Part shown: positions 48,201 through 63,200 of the stretch, in pieces
Numbering within the stretch: the first letter of the stretch is position 1
How the letters are laid out: each line of letters starts with the position of its first letter
NCBI GenBank assembly: GCA_964057225.1
Contig: CAXKVF010000097.1
Location: forward strand, 1 to 64,000
Direction of reading: 5' to 3'
DNA length: 64,000 nt
DNA from: Auanema rhodensis
Lineage: Eukaryota > Animalia > Nematoda
Notes under the pieces: generated by a model
The model's database searches: none
What the model was told of the DNA's origin: nothing
The model's input: only the letters and a program-made list of their open reading frames with translations
Program-made: the position numbers and the translations under genes

Positions 48201-51200
48201 ATCAATAAAAATTTGTTTTTAGACTAATATGGACATGGGGAATCTAATTTTGAAAACCGCATCTCTTTATCTTTTACGTGAAGCGAGTTACATACCAAGT
48301 GCACATCACGTGTACATTTAATTAGCATAAATTAAAGTTCACGTAAATTTCAAAGTCATGGTTACCATGAACCAATATCAATAAAAATTTGTTTTTAGAC
48401 TAATATGGACATGGGGAATCTAATTTTGAAAACCGCATCTCTTTATCTTTCACGTGAAGCGAGTTACATACCAAGTGCACATCACGTGTACATTTAATTA
48501 GCATAAATTAAAGTTCACGTAAATTTCAAAGTCATGGTTACCATGAAGCAATATCAATAAAAATTTGTTTTTAGACTAATATGGACATGGGGAATCTAAT
48601 TTTGAAAACCGCATCTCTTTATCTTTCACGTGAAGCGAGTTACATACCAAGTGCACATCACGTGTACATTTAATTAGCATAAATTAAAGTTCACGTAAAT
48701 TTCAAAGTCATGGTTACCATGAAGCAATATCAATAAAAATTTGTTTTTAGACTAATATGGACATGGGGAATCTAATTTTGAAAACCGCATCTCTTTATCT
48801 TTCACGTGAAGCGAGTTACATACCAAGTGCACATCACGTGTACATTTAATTAGCATAAATTAAAGTTCACGTAAATTTCAAAGTCATGGTTACCATGAAG
48901 CAATATCAATAAAAATTTGTTTTTAGACTAATATGGACATGGGGAATCTAACTTTGAAAACCGCATCTCTTTATCTTTCACGTGAAGCGAGTTACATACC
49001 AAGTGCACATCACGTGTACATTTAATTAGCATAAATTAAAGTTCACGTAAATTTCAAAGTCATGGTTACCATGAACCAATATCAATAAAAATTTGTTTTT
49101 AGACTAATATGGACATGGGGAATCTAATTTTGAAAACCGCATCTCTTTATCTTTCACGTGAAGCGAGTTACATACCAAGTGCACATCACGTGTACATTTA
49201 ATTAGCATAAATTAAAGTTCACGTAAATTTCAAAGTCATGGTTACCATGAACCAATATCAATAAAAATTTGTTTTTAAACTAATATGGACATGGGGAATC
49301 TAAATTTGAAAACCGCATCTCTTTATCTTTCACGTGAAGCGAGTTACATACCAAGTGCACATCACGTGTACATTTAATTAGCATAAATTAAAGTTCACGT
49401 AAATTTCAAAGTCATGGTTACCATGCACCAATATCAATAAAAATTTGTTTTTAGTTTAATATGGACATGGGGAATCTAATTTTGAAAACCGCATCTCTTC
49501 ATCTTTCACGTGAAGCGAGTTACATACCAAGTGCACATCACGTGTACATTTAATTAGCATAAATTAAAGTTCACGTAAATTTCAAAGTCATGGTTACCAT
49601 GAAGCAATATCAATAAAAATTTGTTTTTAGACTAATATGGACATGGGGAATCTAATTTTGAAAACCGCATCTCTTTATCTTTCACGTGAAGCGAGTTACA
49701 TACCAAGTGCACATCACGTGTACATTTAATTAGCATAAATTAAAGTTCACGTAAATTTCAAAGTCATGGTTACCATGAACCAATATCAATAAAAATTTGT
49801 TTTTAGACTAATATGGACATGGGGAATCTAATTTTGAAAACCGCATCTCTTTATCTTTCACGTGAAGCGAGTTACATACCAAGTGCACATCACGTGTACA
49901 TTTAATTAGCATAAATTAAAGTTCACGTAAATTTCAAAGTCATGGTTACCATGAAGCAATATCAATAAAAATTTGTTTTTCGACTAATATGGACATGGGG
50001 AATCTAATTTTGAAAACCGCATCTCTTTATCTTTCACGTGAAGCGAGTTACATACCAAGTGCACATCACGTGTACATTTAATTAGCATAAATTAAAGTTC
50101 ACGTAAATTTCAAAGTCATGGTTACCATGCACCAATATCAATAAAAATTTGTTTTTAGACTAATATGGACATGGGGAATCTAATGTTGAAAACCGCATCT
50201 CTTTTTCTTTCACGTGAAGCGAGTTACATACCAAGTGCACATCACGTGTACATTTAATTAGCATAAATTAAAGTTCACGTAAATTTCAAAGTCATGGTTA
50301 CCATGAAGCAATATCAATAAAAATTTGTTTTTAGACTAATATGGACATGGGGAATCTAATTTTGAAAACCGCATCTCTTTATCTTTCACGTGAAGCGAGT
50401 TACATACCAAGTGCACATCACGTGTACATTTAATTAGCATAAATTAAAGTTCACGTAAATTTCAAAGTCATGGTTACCATGCACCAATATCAATAAAAAT
50501 TTGTTTTTAGACTAATATGGACATGGGGAATCTAATGTTGAAAACCGCATCTCTTTTTCTTTCACGTGAAGCGAGTTACATACCAAGTGCACATCACGTG
50601 TACATTTAATTAGCATAAATTAAAGTTCACGTAAATTTCAAAGTCATGGTTACCATGAAGCAATATCAATAAAAATTTGTTTTTAGACTAATATGGACAT
50701 GGGGAATCTAATTTTGAAAACCGCATCTCTTTATCTTGCACGTGAAGCGAGTTACATACCAAGTGCACATCACGTGTACATTTAATTAGCATAAATTAAA
50801 GTTCACGTAAATTTCAAAGTCATGGTTACCATGAACCAATATCAATAAAAATTTGTTTTTAGACTAATATGGACATGGGGAATCTAATTTTGAAAACCGC
50901 ATCTCTTTATCTTACACGTGAAGCGAGTTACATACCAAGTGCACATCACGTGTACATTTAATTAGCATAAATTAAAGTTCACGTAAATTTCAAAGTCATG
51001 GTTACCATGCACCAATATCAATAAAAATTTGTTTTTAGTTTAATATGGACATGGGGAATCTAATTTTGAAAACCGCATCTCTTCATCTTTCACGTGAAGC
51101 GAGTTACATACCAAGTGCACATCACGTGTACATTTAATTAGCATAAATTAAAGTTCACGTAAATTTCAAAGTCATGGTTACCATGCACCAATATCAATAA

Positions 51201-54200
51201 AAATTTGTTTTTAGACTAATATGGACATGGGGAATCTAATTTTGAAAACCGCATCTCTTTATCTTTCACGTGAAGCGAGTTACATACCAAGTGCACATCA
51301 CGTGTACATTTAATTAGCATAAATTAAAGTTCACGTAAATTTCAAAGTCATGGTTACCATGAACCAATATCAATAAAAATTTGTTTTTAGACTAATATGG
51401 ACATGGGGAATCTAATTTTGAAAACCGCATCTCTTTATCTTTCACGTGAAGCGAGTTACATACCAAGTGCACATCACGTGTACATTTAATTAGCATAAAT
51501 TAAAGTTCACGTAAATTTCAAAGTCATGGTTACCATGCACCAATATCAATAAAAATTTGTTTTTAAACTAATATGGACATGGGGAATCTAATTTTGAAAA
51601 CCGCATTTCTTTATCTTTCACGTGAAGCGAGTTACATACCAACTGCACATCACGTGTACATTTAATTAGCATAAATTAAAGTTCACGTAAATTTCAAAGT
51701 CATGGTTACCATGCACCAATATCAATAAAAATTTGTTTGTAAACTAATATGGACATGGGGAATCTAATTTTGAAAACCGCATCTCTTTATCTTTCACGTG
51801 AAGCGAGTTACATACCAAGTGCACATCACGTGTACATTTAATTAGCATAAATTAAAGTTCACGTAAATTTCAAAGTCATGGTTACCATGCACCAATATCA
51901 ATAAAAATTTGTTTTTAGACTAATATGGACATGGGGAATCTAATTTTGAAAACCGCATCTCTTTATCTTTCACGTGAAGCGAGTTACATACCAAGTGCAC
52001 ATCACGTGTACATTTAATTAGCATAAATTAAAGTTCACGTAAATTTCAAAGTCATGGTTACCATGAACCAATATCAATAAAAATTTGTTTTTAGACTAAT
52101 ATGGACATGGGGAATCTAATTTTGAAAACCGCATCTCTTTATCTTTCACGTGAAGCGAGTTACATACCAAGTGCACATCACGTGTACATTTAATTAGCAT
52201 AAATTAAAGTTCACGTAAATTTCAAAGTCATGGTTACCATGAAGCAATATCAATAAAAATTTGTTTTTAGACTAATATGGACATGGGGAATCTAATTTTG
52301 AAAACCGCATCTCTTTATCTTTCACGTGAAGCGAGTTACATACCAACTGCACATCACGTGTACATTTAATTAGCATAAATTAAAGTTCACGTAAATTTCA
52401 AAGTCATGGTTACCATGAACCAATATCAATAAAAATTTGTTTTTAGACTAATATGGACATGGGGAATCTAATTTTGAAAACCGCATCTCTTTATCTTTCA
52501 CGTGAAGCGAGTTACATACCAAGTGCACATCACGTGTACATTTAATTAGCATAAATTAAAGTTCACGTAAATTTCAAAGTCATGGTTACCATGCACCAAT
52601 ATCAATAAAAATTTGTTTTTAGTTTAATATGGACATGGGGAATCTAATTTTGAAAACCGCATCTCTTTATCTTTCACGTGAAGCGAGTTACATACCAAGT
52701 GCACATCACGTGTACATTTAATTAGCATAAATTAAAGTTCACGTAAATTTCAAAGTCATGGTTACCATGAACCAATATCAATAAAAATTTGTTTTTAGAC
52801 TAATATGGACATGGGGAATCTAATTTTGAAAACCGCATCTCTTTATCTTTCACGTGAAGCGAGTTACATACCAAGTGCACATCACGTGTACATTTAATTA
52901 GCATAAATTAAAGTTCACGTAAATTTCAAAGTCATGGTTACCATGAACCAATATCAATAAAAATTTGTTTTTAGACTAATATGGACATGGGAAATCTAAT
53001 TTTGAAAACCGCATCTCTTAATCTTTCACGTGAAGCGAGTTACATACCAAGTGCACATCACGTGTACATTTAATTAGCATAAATTAAAGTTCACGTAAAT
53101 TTCAAAGTCATGGTTACCATGAAGCAATATCAATAAAAATTTGTTTTTAGACTAATATGGACATGGGGAATCTAATTTTGAAAACCGCATCTCTTTATCT
53201 TTCACGTGAAGCGAGTTACATACCAAGTGCACATCACGTGTACATTTAATTAGCATAAATTAAAGTTCACGTAAATTTCAAAGTCATGGTTACCATGAAG
53301 CAATATCAATAAAAATTTCTTTTAGACTAATATGGACATGGGGAATCTAATTTTGAAAACCGTATCTCTTTATCTTTCACGTGAAGCGAGTTACATACCA
53401 AGTGCACATCACGTGTACATTTAATTAGCATAAATTAAAGTTCACGTAAATTTCAAAGTCATGGTTACCATGAAGCAATATCAATAAAAATTTCTTTTAG
53501 ACTAATATGGACATGGGGAATCTAATTTTGAAAACCGTATCTCTTTATCTTTCACGTGAAGCGAGTTACATACCAAGTGCACATCACGTGTACATTTAAT
53601 TAGCATAAAATAAAGTTCACGTAAATTTCAAAGTCATGGTTACCATGCACCAATATCAATAAAAATTTGTTTTTAAACTAATATGGACATGGGGAATCTA
53701 ATTTTGAAAACCGCATCTCTTTATCTTTCACGTGAAGCGAGTTACATACCAAGTGCACATCACGTGTACATTTAATTAGCATAAATTAATGTTCACGTAA
53801 ATTTCAAAGTCATGGTTACCATGAACCAATATCAATAAAAATTTGTTTTTAGACTAATATGGACATGGGGAATCTAATTTTGAAAACCGCATCTCTTTAT
53901 CTTTCACGTGAAGCGAGTTACATACCAAGTGCACATCACGTGTACATTTAATTAGCATAAATTAAAGTTCACGTAAATTTCAAAGTCATGGTTACCATAC
54001 ACCAATATCAATAAAAATTTGTTTTTAAACTAATATGGACATGGGGAATCTAAATTTGAAAACCGCATCTCTTTATCTTTCACGTGAAGCGAGTTACATA
54101 CCAAGTGCACATGACGTGTACATTTAATTAGCATAAATTAAAGTTCACGTAAATTTCAAAGTCATGGTTACCATGAAGCAATATCAATAAAAATTTGTTT

Positions 54201-57200
54201 TTAAACTAATATGGACATGGGGAATCTAATTTTGAAAACCGCATCTCTTTATCTTTCACATGAAGCGAGTTACATACCAAGTGCACATCACGTGTACATT
54301 TAATTAGCATAAATTAAAGTTCACGTAAATTTCAAAGTCATGGTTACCATGAAGCAATATCAATAAAAATTTGTTTTTAGACTAATATGGACATGGGGAA
54401 TCTAATTTTGAAAACCGCATCTCTTTATCTTTCACATGAAGCGAGTTACATACCAAGTGCACATCACGTATACATTTAATTAGCATAAATTAAAGTTCAC
54501 GTAAATTTCAAAGTCATGGTTACCATGCACCAATATCAATAAAAATTTGTTTTTAGACTAATATGGACATGGGGAATCTAATTTTGAAAACCGCATCTCT
54601 TTATCTTTCACGTGAAGCGAGTTACATACCAAGTGCACATCACGTGTACATTTAATTAGCATAAATTAAAGTTCACGTAAATTTCAAAGTCATGGTTACC
54701 ATGCACCAATATCAATAAAAATTTGTTTTTAGACTAATATGGACATGGGGAATCTAATTTTGAAAACCGCATCTCTTTATCTTTCACGTGAAGCGAGTTA
54801 CATACCAAGTGCACATCACGTGTACATTTAATTAGCATAAATTAAAGTTCACGTAAATTTCAAAGTCATGGTTACCATGAACCAATATCAATAAAAATTT
54901 GTTTTTAGACTAATATGGACATGGGGAATCTAATTTTGAAAACCGCATCTCTTTATCTTTCACGTGAAGCGAGTTACATACCAAGTGCACATCACGTGTA
55001 CATTTAATTAGCATAAATTAAAGTTCACGTAAATTTCAAAGTCATGGTTACCATGAAGCAATATCAATAAAAATTTGTTTTTAGACTAATATGGACATGG
55101 GGAATCTAATTTTGAAAACCGCATCTCTTTATCTTTCACGTGAAGCGAGTTACATACCAAGTGCACATCACGTGTACATTTAATTAGCATAAATTAAAGT
55201 TCACGTAAATTTCAAAGTCATGGTTACCATGAAGCAATATCAATAAAAATTTGTTTTTAGACTAATATGGACATGGGGGATCTAATTTTGAAAACCGCAT
55301 CTCTTTATCTTTCACGTGAAGCGAGTTACATACCAAGTGCACATCACGTGTACATTTAATTAGCATAAATTAAAGTTCACGTAAATTTCAAAGTCATGGT
55401 TACCATGCACCAATATCAATAAAAATTTGTTTTTAGACTAATATGGACATGGGGGATCTAATTTTGAAAACCGCATCTCTTTATCTTTCACGTGAAGCGA
55501 GTTACATACCAAGTGCACATCACGTGTACATTTAATTAGCATAAATTAAAGTTCACGTAAATTTCAATGTCATGGTTACCATGAACCAATATCAATAAAA
55601 ATTTGTTTTTAAACTAATATGGACATGGGGAATCTAAATTTGAAAACCGCATCTCTTTATCTTTCACGTGAAGCGAGTTACATACCAAGTGCACATCACG
55701 TGTACATTTAATTAGCATAAATTAAAGTTCACGTAAATTTCAAAGTCATGGTTACCATGCACCAATATCAATAAAAATTTGTTTTTAGTTTAATATGGAC
55801 ATGGGGAATCTAATTTTGAAAACCGCATCTCTTCATCTTTCACGTGAAGCGAGTTACATACCAAGTGCACATCACGTGTACATTTAATTAGCATAAATTA
55901 AAGTTCACGTAAATTTCAAAGTCATGGTTACCATGCACCAATATCAATAAAAATTTGTTTTTAGACTAATATGGACATGGGGAATCTAATTTTGAAAACC
56001 GTATCTCTTTATCTTTCACGTGAAGCGAGTTACATACCAAGTGCACATCACGTGTACATTTAATTAGCATAAATTAAAGTTCACGTAAATTTCAAAGTCA
56101 TGGTTACCATGCACCAATATCAATAAAAATTTGTTTTTAAACTAATATGGACATGGGGAATCTAATTTTGAAAACCGCATCTCTTTATCTTTCACGTGAA
56201 GCGAGTTACATACCAAGTGCACATCACGTGTACATTTAATTAGCATAAATTAAAGTTCACGTAAATTTCAAAGTCATGGTTACCATGAACCAATATCAAT
56301 AAAAATTTGTTTTTAGACTAATATGGACATGGGGAATCTAATTTTGAAAACCGCATCTCTTTATCTTTCACGTGAAGCGAGTTACATACCAAGTGCACAT
56401 CACGTGTACATTTAATTAGCATAAATTAAAGTTCACGTAAATTTCAAAGTCATGGTTACCATGAACCAATATCAATAAAAATTTGTTTTTAGACTAATAT
56501 GGACATGGGAAATCTAATTTTGAAAACCGCATCTCTTAATCTTTCACGTGAAGCGAGTTACATACCAAGTGCACATCACGTGTACATTTAATTAGCATAA
56601 ATTAAAGTTCACGTAAATTTCAAAGTCATGGTTACCATGAAGCAATATCAATAAAAATTTGTTTTTAGACTAATATGGACATGGGGAATCTAATTTTGAA
56701 AACCGCATCTCTTTATCTTTCACGTGAAGCGAGTTACATACCAAGTGCACATCACGTGTACATTTAATTAGCATAAATTAAAGTTCACGTAAATTTCAAA
56801 GTCATGGTTACCATGAAGCAATATCAATAAAAATTTCTTTTAGACTAATATGGACATGGGGAATCTAATTTTGAAAACCGCATCTCTTTATCTTTCACGT
56901 GAAGCGAGTTACATACCAAGTGCACATCACGTGTACATTTAATTAGCATAAATTAAAGTTCACGTTAATTTCAAAGTCATGGTTACCATGAACCAATATC
57001 AATAAAAATTTGTTTTTAGACTAATATGGACATGGGAAATCTAATTTTGAAAACCGCATCTCTTTATCTTTCACGTGAAGCGAGTTACATACCAAGTGCA
57101 CATCACGTGTACATTTAATTAGCATAAATTAAAGTTCACGTAAATTTCAAAGTCATGGTTACCATGAAGCAATATCAATAAAAATTTGTTTTTAGACTAA

Positions 57201-60200
57201 AATGGACATGGGGAATCTAATTTTGAAAACCGCATCTCTTTATCTTTCACGTGAAGCGAGTTACATACCAAGTGCACATCACGTGTACATTTAATTAGCA
57301 TAAATTAAAGTTCACGTAAATTTCAAAGTCATGGTTACCATGCACCAATATCAATAAAAATTTGTTTTTAGACTAATATGGACATGGGGGATCTAATTTT
57401 GAAAACCGCATCTCTTTATCTTTCACGTGAAGCGAGTTACATACCAAGTGCACATCACGTGTACATTTAATTAGCATAAATTAAAGTTCACGTAAATTTC
57501 AAAGTCATGGTTACCATGAACCAATATCAATAAAAATTTGTTTTTAGACTAATATGGACATGGGGAATCTAATTTTGAAAACCGCATCTCTTTATCTTTC
57601 ACGTGAAGCGAGTTACATACCAAGTGCACATCACGTGTACATTTAATTAGCATAAATTAAAGTTCACGTAAATTTCAAAGTCATGGTTACCATGAAGCAA
57701 TATCAATAAAAATTTGTTTTTAGACTAATATGGACATGGGGAATCTAATTTTGAAAACCGCATCTCTTTATCTTACACGTGAAGCGAGTTACATACCAAG
57801 TGCACATCACGTGTACATTTAATTAGCATAAATTAAAGTTCACGTAAATTTCAAAGTCATGGTTACCATGCACCAATATCAATAAAAATTTGTTTTTAGT
57901 TTAATATGGACATGGGGAATCTAATTTTGAAAACCGCATCTCTTCATCTTTCACGTGAAGCGAGTTACATACCAAGTGCACATCACGTGTACATTTAATT
58001 AGCATAAATTAAAGTTCACGTAAATTTCAAAGTCATGGTTACCATGCACCAATATCAATAAAAATTTGTTTTTAGACTAATATGGACAGGGGGGATCTAA
58101 TTTTGAAAACCGCATCTCTTTATCTTTCACGTGAAGCGAGTTACATACCAAGTGCACATCACGTGTACATTTAATTAGCATAAATTAAAGTTCACGTAAA
58201 TTTCAAAGTCATGGTTACCATGCACCAATATCAATAAAAATTTGTTTTTAGACTAATATGGACATGGGGGATCTAATTTTGAAAACCGCATCTCTTTATC
58301 TTTCACGTGAAGCGAGTTACATACCAAGTGCACATCACGTGTACATTTAATTAGCATAAATTAAAGTTCACGTAAATTTCAATGTCATGGTTACCATGAA
58401 CCAATATCAATAAAAATTTGTTTTTAGACTAATATGGACATGGGGAATCTAATTTTGAAAACCGCATCTCTTTATCTTTCACGTGAAGCGAGTTACATAC
58501 CAAGTGCACATCACGTGTACATTTAATTAGCATAAATTAAAGTTCACGTAAATTTCAAAGTCATGGTTACCATGAAGCAATATCAATAAAAATTTGTTTT
58601 TAGACTAATATGGACATGGGGAATCTAATTTTGAAAACCGCATCTCTTTATCTTACACGTGAAGCGAGTTACATACCAAGTGCACATCACGTGTACATTT
58701 AATTAGCATAAATTAAAGTTCACGTAAATTTCAAAGTCATGGTTACCATGAACCAATATCAATAAAAATTTGTTTTTAGACTAATATGGACATGGGGAAT
58801 CTAATTTTGAAAACCGCATCTCTTTATCTTTCACGTGAAGCGAGTTACATACCAAGTGCACATCACGTGTACATTTAATTAGCATAAATTAAAGTTCACG
58901 TAAATTTCAAAGTCATGGTTACCATGAAGCAATATCAATAAAAATTTGTTTTTAGACTAATATGGACATGGGGAATCTAATTTTGAAAACCGCATCTCTT
59001 TATCTTACACGTGAAGCGAGTTACATACCAAGTGCACATCACGTGTACATTTAATTAGCATAAATTAAAGTTCACGTAAATTTCAAAGTCATGGTTACCA
59101 TGCACCAATATCAATAAAAATTTGTTTTTAGTTTAATATGGACATGGGGAATCTAATTTTGAAAACCGCATCTCTTCATCTTTCACGTGAAGCGAGTTAC
59201 ATACCAAGTGCACATCACGTGTACATTTAATTAGCATAAATTAAAGTTCACGTAAATTTCAAAGTCATGGTTACCATGCACCAATATCAATAAAAATTTG
59301 TTTTTAGACTAATATGGACAGGGGGGATCTAATTTTGAAAACCGCATCTCTTTATCTTTCACGTGAAGCGAGTTACATACCAAGTGCACATCACGTGTAC
59401 ATTTAATTAGCATAAATTAAAGTTCACGTAAATTTCAAAGTCATGGTTACCATGCACCAATATCAATAAAAATTTGTTTTTAGACTAATATGGACATGGG
59501 GGATCTAATTTTGAAAACCGCATCTCTTTATCTTTCACGTGAAGCGAGTTACATACCAAGTGCACATCACGTGTACATTTAATTAGCATAAATTAAAGTT
59601 CACGTAAATTTCAATGTCATGGTTACCATGAACCAATATCAATAAAAATTTGTTTTTAGACTAATATGGACATGGGGAATCTAATTTTGAAAACCGCATC
59701 TCTTTATCTTTCACGTGAAGCGAGTTACATACCAAGTGCACATCACGTGTACATTTAATTAGCATAAATTAAAGTTCACGTAAATTTCAAAGTCATGGTT
59801 ACCATGCACCAATATCAATAAAAATTTGTTTTTAGTTTAATATGGACATGGGGAATCTAATTTTGAAAACCGCATCTCTTCATCTTTCACGTGAAGCGAG
59901 TTACATACCAAGTGCACATCACGTGTACATTTAATTAGCATAAATTAAAGTTCACGTAAATTTCAAAGTCATGGTTACCATGAACCAATATCAATAAAAA
60001 TTTGTTTTTAGACTAATATGGACATGGGGAATCTAATTTTGAAAACCGCATCTCTTTATCTTACACGTGAAGCGAGTTACATACCAAGTGCACATCACGT
60101 GTACATTTAATTAGCATAAATTAAAGTTCACGTAAATTTCAAAGTCATGGTTACCATGCACCAATATCAATAAAAATTTGTTTTTAGTTTAATATGGACA

Positions 60201-63200
60201 TGGGGAATCTAATTTTGAAAACCGCATCTCTTCATCTTTCACGTGAAGCGAGTTACATACCAAGTGCACATCACGTGTACATTTAATTAGCATAAATTAA
60301 AGTTCACGTAAATTTCAAAGTCATGGTTACCATGCACCAATATCAATAAAAATTTGTTTTTAGACTAATATGGACATGGGGAATCTAATTTTGAAAACCG
60401 CATCTCTTTATCTTTCACGTGAAGCGAGTTACATACCAAGTGCACATCACGTGTACATTTAATTAGCATAAATTAAAGTTCACGTAAATTTCAAAGTCAT
60501 GGTTACCATGAACCAATATCAATAAAAATTTGTTTTTAGACTAATATGGACATGGGGAATCTAATTTTGAAAACCGCATCTCTTTATCTTTCACGTGAAG
60601 CGAGTTACATACCAAGTGCACATCACGTGTACATTTAATTAGCATAAATTAAAGTTCACGTAAATTTCAAAGTCATGGTTACCATGCACCAATATCAATA
60701 AAAATTTGTTTTTAAACTAATATGGACATGGGGAATCTAATTTTGAAAACCGCATTTCTTTATCTTTCACGTGAAGCGAGTTACATACCAACTGCACATC
60801 ACGTGTACATTTAATTAGCATAAATTAAAGTTCACGTAAATTTCAAAGTCATGGTTACCATGCACCAATATCAATAAAAATCTGTTTGTAAACTAATATG
60901 GACATGGGGAATCTAATTTTGAAAACCGCATCTCTTTATCTTTCACGTGAAGCGAGTTACATACCAAGTGCACATCACGTGTACATTTAATTAGCATAAA
61001 TTAAAGTTCACGTAAATTTCAAAGTCATGGTTACCATGCACCAATATCAATAAAAATTTGTTTTTAGACTAATATGGACATGGGGAATCTAATTTTGAAA
61101 ACCGCATCTCTTTATCTTTCACGTGAAGCGAGTTACATACCAAGTGCACATCACGTGTACATTTAATTAGCATAAATTAAAGTTCACGTAAATTTCAAAG
61201 TCATGGTTACCATGAACCAATATCAATAAAAATTTGTTTTTAGACTAATATGGACATGGGGAATCTAATTTTGAAAACCGCATCTCTTTATCTTTCACGT
61301 GAAGCGAGTTACATACCAAGTGCACATCACGTGTACATTTAATTAGCATAAATTAAAGTTCACGTAAATTTCAAAGTCATGGTTACCATGAAGCAATATC
61401 AATAAAAATTTGTTTTTAGACTAATATGGACATGGGGAATCTAATTTTGAAAACCGCATCTCTTTATCTTTCACGTGAAGCGAGTTACATACCAACTGCA
61501 CATCACGTGTACATTTAATTAGCATAAATTAAAGTTCACGTAAATTTCAAAGTCATGGTTACCATGAACCAATATCAATAAAAATTTATTTTTAGACTAA
61601 TATGGACATGGGGAATCTAATTTTGAAAACCGCATCTCTTTATCTTTCACGTGAAGCGAGTTACATACCAAGTGCACATCACGTGTACATTTAATTAGCA
61701 TAAATTAAAGTTCACGTAAATTTCAAAGTCATGGTTACCATGCACCAATATCAATAAAAATTTGTTTTTAGTTTAATATGGACATGGGGAATCTAATTTT
61801 GAAAACCGCATCTCTTTATCTTTCACGTGAAGCGAGTTACATACCAAGTGCACATCACGTGTACATTTAATTAGCATAAATTAAAGTTCACGTAAATTTC
61901 AAAGTCATGGTTACCATGAACCAATATCAATAAAAATTTGTTTTTAGACTAATATGGACATGGGGAATCTAATTTTGAAAACCGCATCTCTTTATCTTTC
62001 ACGTGAAGCGAGTTACATACCAAGTGCACATCACGTGTACATTTAATTAGCATAAATTAAAGTTCACGTAAATTTCAAAGTCATGGTTACCATGAACCAA
62101 TATCAATAAAAATTTGTTTTTAGACTAATATGGACATGGGAAATCTAATTTTGAAAACCGCATCTCTTAATCTTTCACGTGAAGCGAGTTACATACCAAG
62201 TGCACATCACGTGTACATTTAATTAGCATAAATTAAAGTTCACGTAAATTTCAAAGTCATGGTTACCATGAAGCAATATCAATAAAAATTTGTTTTTAGA
62301 CTAATATGGACATGGGGAATCTAATTTTGAAAACCGCATCTCTTTATCTTTCACGTGAAGCGAGTTACATACCAAGTGCACATCACGTGTACATTTAATT
62401 AGCATAAATTAAAGTTCACGTAAATTTCAAAGTCATGGTTACCATGAAGCAATATCAATAAAAATTTCTTTTAGACTAATATGGACATGGGGAATCTAAT
62501 TTTGAAAACCGTATCTCTTTATCTTTCACGTGAAGCGAGTTACATACCAAGTGCACATCACGTGTACATTTAATTAGCATAAATTAAAGTTCACGTAAAT
62601 TTCAAAGTCATGGTTACCATGAAGCAATATCAATAAAAATTTCTTTTAGACTAATATGGACATGGGGAATCTAATTTTGAAAACCGTATCTCTTTATCTT
62701 TCACGTGAAGCGAGTTACATACCAAGTGCACATCACGTGTACATTTAATTAGCATAAAATAAAGTTCACGTAAATTTCAAAGTCATGGTTACCATGCACC
62801 AATATCAATAAAAATTTGTTTTTAAACTAATATGGACATGGGGAATCTAATTTTGAAAACCGCATCTCTTTATCTTTCACGTGAAGCGAGTTACATACCA
62901 AGTGCACATCACGTGTACATTTAATTAGCATAAATTAATGTTCACGTAAATTTCAAAGTCATGGTTACCATGAACCAATATCAATAAAAATTTGTTTTTA
63001 GACTAATATGGACATGGGGAATCTAATTTTGAAAACCGCATCTCTTTATCTTTCACGTGAAGCGAGTTACATACCAAGTGCACATCACGTGTACATTTAA
63101 TTAGCATAAATTAAAGTTCACGTAAATTTCAAAGTCATGGTTACCATACACCAATATCAATAAAAATTTGTTTTTAAACTAATATGGACATGGGGAATCT